Positions 59,901 through 64,000 of a stretch of 64,000 bases of DNA are shown in pieces. Location of the stretch: positions 1,152,001 to 1,216,000 of the forward strand of contig OZ241889.1 in assembly GCA_965203355.1 (NCBI GenBank), given 5' to 3'. Under the pieces are notes generated by a model. That model did no database searches and was not told the DNA's origin. It worked only from the letters and a program-made list of their open reading frames with translations. The translations under genes were made by a program, and so were the position numbers. The DNA comes from Candidatus Latescibacterota bacterium. GTDB taxonomy: Bacteria > Latescibacterota > UBA2968 > UBA8231. Position 1 is the first letter of the stretch. Each line of letters begins with the position of its first letter.

Positions 59901-61177
59901 CAGTTGAAGGTGCGCTGGAAGCGAGCCACCGTCGGGAAGGTCCAATCCACGAGCTCGGGCCGCGAGCCGTCCTTGTTGAGGAGGGGGTACTGCTCAAAGT
60001 AGGCCTTGATGTACTTGAGCATCCGGGTGTTGGGCAGCGGATTTTCTTCGCTAGTCGCCGCGTGGAAAACCTCCACGGCGGCGGCCGTGGCTTGGGTCGC
60101 GGCGGCCAACACGGTATTGACGACAATGTCCACAGGCACCAAGTCCATGGGTGCGCCGACCGCGGCCGGGAAGTCCGGGACGATCCCCCGCCCGTAGGCT
60201 ACCACCAGCGGATCGGTCACTTTAAGCCCATGGATCCAGCCTGGATGCGGGTCTTCGAGTGCGCCTTCGGTGACGCTGGGCCGCACGATGGCCAGCGGCA
60301 CTTGGCCGCGGTGCTTGACGAGCAACTGTTCGCCCATGGCCTTGGTAAAAGTGTACACGTCGTTCCAGCCGTGCTGCCGCGCTCGGCGCATCCCCTCCTC
60401 GACTAGCGCGCGCTCAATCCAGCGGCGACAGCGGTCGTCAATCAGCTTTTGCAAGCGGCTGTCCGAAAGCTGGCGGCGGTGGCTTTGCTCGACGATCTCG
60501 CGGCGGAATGCCCGCTGTTGTTCGGTGCTTTGCGCTTGGGCGCGGATCGCCCGGCAGCGGGCTTGCGCTTGGGCGATTTCTTCTTCGGGGACAAAGGGTT
60601 GTGCGGGGGTGGCGTTGTCGATTAGGTGCTGAATCGTGCGGTCGATCGGCAGGGTTTGCTCGGGGACTGCGCCGGTGAGGCGCCCATTGACGTACGCGGT
60701 TGACACGTGGACCAAGACGGGCTTTTTGCGACCTTCGCGGGCCAGTCGCAACAGTTCTTGCGGGGCCAAGGTGTTGAATTGGAGTGCCGAGTCGAGCGGT
60801 TCGTCAAAGGTGACGCTGGCCGCGTTGCCGATGATGAGGTCCACTTCCGCGAGCAACTCGTCGCGCGATGCTTCGTCTAGCCCGAGGCCTGGTTGCTGCA
60901 TGTCGCAGGCCAGGGCGCGCACCTTCTGGCGCGCTGCGGCAAAAGCGGCAGGTTCTTCGCGGCGAAAGCGGTCGAAGACGACTAGCTTAAAAAGATCGTC
61001 CAGCCGCTCCTCTACCGGCAGCGAGGTCCCGCCCGGACCCCGCCCGGGCCGCAACACGAGGTACAAGCGCCGCACACCGGGCAAATAGCGCAGGATCTTG
61101 GCCGTCAGCCCCTGCCCGTAAAACCCGGTGCCGCCGGTCAGCAACACGGTGCGGTCCTGATAGAATTCTCTGATCAT
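56996..61177 (-). CDS. Multidomain acyl reductase-adenylation-carrier-acyltransferase (ElbD-like)
   Basis: FAR: TGGTGFYG, HVSTAYV, YTFTK. AMP-binding: GYGLSE, HTGDLG, GRSKD. Carrier: LDSL. PlsC: NHASHLD, FPEGTRS. Confidence 0.88.
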   Translation of the reverse strand: MIREFYQDRTVLLTGGTGFYGQGLTAKILRYLPGVRRLYLVLRPGRGPGGTSLPVEERLDDLFKLVVFDRFRREEPAAFAAARQKVRALACDMQQPGLGLDEASRDELLAEVDLIIGNAASVTFDEPLDSALQFNTLAPQELLRLAREGRKKPVLVHVSTAYVNGRLTGAVPEQTLPIDRTIQHLIDNATPAQPFVPEEEIAQAQARCRAIRAQAQSTEQQRAFRREIVEQSHRRQLSDSRLQKLIDDRCRRWIERALVEEGMRRARQHGWNDVYTFTKAMGEQLLVKHRGQVPLAIVRPSVTEGALEDPHPGWIHGLKVTDPLVVAYGRGIVPDFPAAVGAPMDLVPVDIVVNTVLAAATQATAAAVEVFHAATSEENPLPNTRMLKYIKAYFEQYPLLNKDGSRPELVDWTFPTVARFQRTFNWKYLYPLEAKQKLYECLPERWAPAQKKRRLAALKTRLKRVQYFTDLFSPYTTLDCRYAAKRMLALYESLPPEEQRIFNMDVRRIDWYQYYQKTHLPGLRRHELGGADDDQEPLSAAPSEVGGEEQRWRVEESIRTIPDLLRWACGRYAARTALQIERQSGWTRISYDELLTRAEHMARRWRTQGLSAGARVLLCGANGPEWVVAYMAASLLGLAVVPISPQTREKNIWRLCDLVGARALIAAEKRFSQLSPEGVASHKELAFFNADRDGRPFGQNSGPSAATKEGRWKPPRVEPSATASIIFTSLVEPRGVVLSHRNLISNVLAQGEVLRLYESDRMLSTLPLDQALEFTGGLLLPLLGGATITYLEAVNSRAMLRTLRDTGPTVLLTAPRLLRVLAERVERLGAEATTGLATLRRVVSVGSALPDDLVGTYERLGVAICQGYGLSEAASVVAVNPPHQGKARSVGQVLPGQQVQIAEPDEHRIGEILVRGANVMEGYFAQEELTQAALQDEWLHTGDLGRLDDDGYLFVEGRSKDLIVNGAGHNVYPREVESLYRGLPHVAELSVVGVPSAHTGGEAVHGVAVLDRDAEETEGLREAIQARSYEIARTLPSHHRIQHWHFWARPLPRLDDGTVDRQALLSAIEREGCPGAALPEWERAIQRQIGRLAGLSTGEIAAHLDAPLDTLLDSLMAVEFAAWLGQRLGAPVEGLLQPQDTLRSVLARLEAHLQDGVDWGVEQSPAYWSSILHAEPKAEPESAVGKNRLQEILWETGGPLFRRFFDFRAGGLEHLPQDRPYLIAANHASHLDGACVYAAVHSQVDHLNIATSEHDLTDAELRWFLSTFVNAIPFDGHDNFAAGLVRARQLVGVRRPLLVFPEGTRSVNGQLQPFKASVGLLAYELDAPVVPLHIAGTREALPEGTRTPSRHPLRLLFGPPLTAAPFKGTPYEIYYEIAAALKRQVAALGRKNI

Positions 61178-61632
61178 AGCGGAAACGGACCAAAGCCCCA
61201 TCCCGTGCAGCGCGTGGCCCGTCAGGACAGAGCGCAAAATGTTACAATATAGAAGGCTGGATGCCCTGCCACAAGGAGGGTTGATAGTGGTACGTTTTGA
61301 AGTTTAGCTTTACTCCCGTTGCACGGGTTGCTCTCGCTCGGCCTGAACCCGGCGACCCAAGCCCGACCTCAACCGTACCGCGACAATTGGAGATTTCAAA
61401 ACGCATCACGACCGGAGGGTTACTGCTTTGGACGCCTAGGCTTGCAGCCCTTGCTGTCGCGCTGATTCCGGTCTAGCCCCTGCTTGGTGATATAGGGGTG
61501 TTCGACCTGTTTTTCCAGCGCGCGGCGCTGGTCGGTCCACTCGATGTTTCGTTTTCGCTTGGCCATGTTTTGATGTTATTTTTTGAGTATGGTGAATCTA
61601 CGCACAGGGCCGCTTATGGGACAACCCAAGCT

Positions 61633-62538
61633 ATGTCCAAACACTGGGTCTTGATAGCCAATCCAACGGCGGGCAACGCCCGCGCCCGCTGCGTTGCCGA
61701 ACGAGCCGCCTTGGCTATACAAGCGGCCGGGCAAGGGGTTGAATTGCGCTACACGCGGGCCAAGGGCCACGCAACCGAGTTGGCACAGCAGGCCGTGGCC
61801 GAGGGGGCCGAGCGGCTGGTGGTCTGCGGCGGCGACGGCACCATCCGCGAGACGCTCGCGCCCCTCGCTGGATCGTCCGCGGCCTTGGGGTTGCTGCCCG
61901 GCGGCACGTGCAACGATTTGGCCCGCGCCCTCGCCGTGCCGCTGCGAGTGGAAGCGGCCATCGACAACTTGCTGAGCGGGGAGGTCCGCGCCATAGACTT
62001 GGGACGGGTCGGCGACCGGTTCTTCGCCACAGTCGCGGCCTTTGGCTTTGACGCCGAGGTCAACCGCCGCGCGGAAAGTGCCCGAGGGCCGCTGTCTGGG
62101 CGGATCCGCTATGTATTGGCGGCATTGCGGCACCTGGCACGCTACCAGCCGGTCCGGGTCCGGCTCGGCGGCGATTTCGGGGAGATTGAGCAAGAGGTGC
62201 TGCAAGTATCCACCGCCAATGCGCGGAACTACGGCGGCAATCTATGCGTTGCCCCAGATGCCGACCTCGGCGATGGCCTTTTTGACGTCGTCGTCGTCGA
62301 TGCGGTGCCGTGGCCGGCGATTCTGTCGTTGATGACGCGCCTCTTTTGGCGAGCACACGTCCGCCATCCAGCCGTGCGCGTCGAACGCACGGCTCGCCTC
62401 GTGCTGCACACCGACGCGCCGCACCGCGTATATGCAGACGGCGACTATCTAGACCAGACGCCGCTCGCGCTGGAGATTAGCCCGGCTGCCTTGCGGGTGG
62501 TGGTGCCGAGTGCTTGCTCGCAGGGGGTGCGTTGTTGA
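61633..62538 (+). CDS. Diacylglycerol/lipid kinase (YegS/DgkB family)
   Basis: ANPTAG, GGDGT, PGGTCND, GFDA, YGG. Confidence 0.9.
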   Translation: MSKHWVLIANPTAGNARARCVAERAALAIQAAGQGVELRYTRAKGHATELAQQAVAEGAERLVVCGGDGTIRETLAPLAGSSAALGLLPGGTCNDLARALAVPLRVEAAIDNLLSGEVRAIDLGRVGDRFFATVAAFGFDAEVNRRAESARGPLSGRIRYVLAALRHLARYQPVRVRLGGDFGEIEQEVLQVSTANARNYGGNLCVAPDADLGDGLFDVVVVDAVPWPAILSLMTRLFWRAHVRHPAVRVERTARLVLHTDAPHRVYADGDYLDQTPLALEISPAALRVVVPSACSQGVRC

Positions 62539-62588
62539 TATTGCCCTAAGAGGCGGTTCTCAATCGCGACTTATTCCACAGCGTCTTT

Positions 62589-63566
62589 ATGGCTACCAGA
62601 GCACAGCAAATACGCCTCGGCATCTTCTTCTTGGTTTCGCTCGCCGTCCTCGCGCTCTTCTTTATCGTCGTTGCCGGCAGTCATCTACTGCATCAGCGCG
62701 ATATCTACTACATTGCGTCCAACTCGCCCGTCAGCGGCCTCAACAAAGGCGCGGACGTCAAGTACTTGGGCTTTAGTATTGGCCGCGTCGAGGACATCGC
62801 GATCGCGCAGGACGATCTCGCCACGGTAGTAATCGAGATTTCGGTCGAGCGGCGGCTGGCCGAAAATGCCATCCGCACCGACACGCAGGCGCGAGTGGCC
62901 TCGCTGGGGATTACCGGCCTAAAGTACATTGAGCTTTTCGGCGGCAGCGACGCCGCCTCGGTCGCCCCGCCAGGGGCCACCATTGTCGCGGGCGAGACCT
63001 TTTTTGGCAGTATGCAGGAACGCGCCGAGGTGCTCAGTGCCAAGGTTGAACAAACCATCGACAACCTAAACGCGCTACTCGGCAGCGACAATCAGCGCAC
63101 CTTCAATGAGTTGCTAAGCAACGCGGGCCATCTGCTGGCTACGGCCAACGCGCTGATCGCAGACAACCGCGCCGCATTCGACGAGACCACGGCCAATATG
63201 GTGGTCGCCAGTCGCTCGCTCGCTCAAGCCAGCGCGACGGTGGCGACGACGACCGATTCCCTGCGCGTCTTGCTCCTGGGTGCGCGGCTGCAACAGACGG
63301 TTGAAGACCTGCAAGTGACGATGCACAAATTGCGTCAGCAAATGGACGGTCCGGTTCCCCTGCTCGTGGCGCGGATGGACACCGTGATAAGCCATATCGA
63401 CCGGACTTTTGTGGGCATTGACCAGACCGTGGGGGCGAGTCGGCAGAATCTCCTGCGCGCCATGCGGGAGCTGGAGGAAACGTTGCAGAATATCCGCGAA
63501 ACCACCGAGCTAGTCCGCGAGAATCCCGCGGTACTGATCCGAGGTCACAGTGGTGGGAGCCAATAG
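62589..63566 (+). CDS. MlaD/MCE-family protein
   Basis: N-terminal TM; VSGLNKGADVKYLGFSIGRV, LGITGLKYIEL; helical tail. Confidence 0.9.
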   Translation: MATRAQQIRLGIFFLVSLAVLALFFIVVAGSHLLHQRDIYYIASNSPVSGLNKGADVKYLGFSIGRVEDIAIAQDDLATVVIEISVERRLAENAIRTDTQARVASLGITGLKYIELFGGSDAASVAPPGATIVAGETFFGSMQERAEVLSAKVEQTIDNLNALLGSDNQRTFNELLSNAGHLLATANALIADNRAAFDETTANMVVASRSLAQASATVATTTDSLRVLLLGARLQQTVEDLQVTMHKLRQQMDGPVPLLVARMDTVISHIDRTFVGIDQTVGASRQNLLRAMRELEETLQNIRETTELVRENPAVLIRGHSGGSQ

Positions 63567-64000
63567 CCGGGCGCGCCGCTGCGCTCAGGCCCTCGCGTTA
63601 GCCGCGCTGCTGTCCGGCTGCGCTCAGTTGCTAGGCGGGGACCCCAAGTTGCCGCAACGGCGCTATTTTAAGTTGCCTATCGAACCTTTGCGCGGTGGCG
63701 TGGAAGATTCCGAGCGCCCGTATCCTTTTCGCTTGCAGGTCAAAGGCTTTGAGGTGCCGCGGGCGTACGACCGCACCCACATCATCCGCCGCCGCGATCA
63801 GTACGAATTGCAGCGCGACAATCTCCACCACTGGATGGAACGCCCCGGCGACATGATCACCGATGCGGTCAAGCAGTACCTGCGCCAAGCCGATCTCTTT
63901 ACCTATGTCGGCGGGGACCGCGATTTTTTTGAGCACCGCCCCGATTACGTACTCAGCGGCTCGGTCAAAGCCATTGAGTGCTTCGACAGCGGCGATTTGT
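63550..64000 (+). CDS. PqiC/ABC-auxiliary lipoprotein, runs off the window
   Basis: Lipobox LSGC; YDRTHII...HHWMERP; follows the MCE gene. Confidence 0.75.
   Translation, partial: MVGANSRARRCAQALALAALLSGCAQLLGGDPKLPQRRYFKLPIEPLRGGVEDSERPYPFRLQVKGFEVPRAYDRTHIIRRRDQYELQRDNLHHWMERPGDMITDAVKQYLRQADLFTYVGGDRDFFEHRPDYVLSGSVKAIECFDSGDL

Noticed and set aside
58605-59945. 446-aa alternative-frame ORF and similar Arg/Pro-rich ORFs
   Set aside because: Typical high-GC shadow frames inside well-supported genes.
61240-61630. Possible ncRNA in the divergent intergenic region
   Set aside because: No recognisable family consensus by eye; needs an Rfam search.

Overview
GC-rich Gram-negative bacterial chromosome segment, about 45 genes. 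Long ankyrin genes and a sulfatase/oxidoreductase-rich content suggest a host-associated (possibly sponge-symbiont) lineage; this is inference. The backbone has ABC transporters, mgtE, surE, a TPP-riboswitch TonB receptor-thiN unit, hydrolases/oxidoreductases, lgt and lipid genes. Most striking: three unrelated cargo blocks with no integrase or transposase are each bracketed by a long direct repeat copying the 5' end of the next backbone gene. These are a Type III R-M pair (59 bp, perfect), two LacI paralogues (about 215 bp: promoter, TPP riboswitch and terminator) and two ankyrin genes (51 bp, 43/51 identical). The extra riboswitch copy is mutated at two pyrophosphate-pocket positions. Also present: two ABC-ATPase + TOPRIM-like gene pairs, one leading into a frameshift-split MmeI-like R-M gene; an ElbD-like four-domain lipid enzyme abutting lgt; two copies of a TAA-flanked MITE; heptamer repeats; and several gene remnants. 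No rRNA, tRNA, CRISPR array, integrase or intact transposase was seen. Family names are from motif recognition, not database searches.
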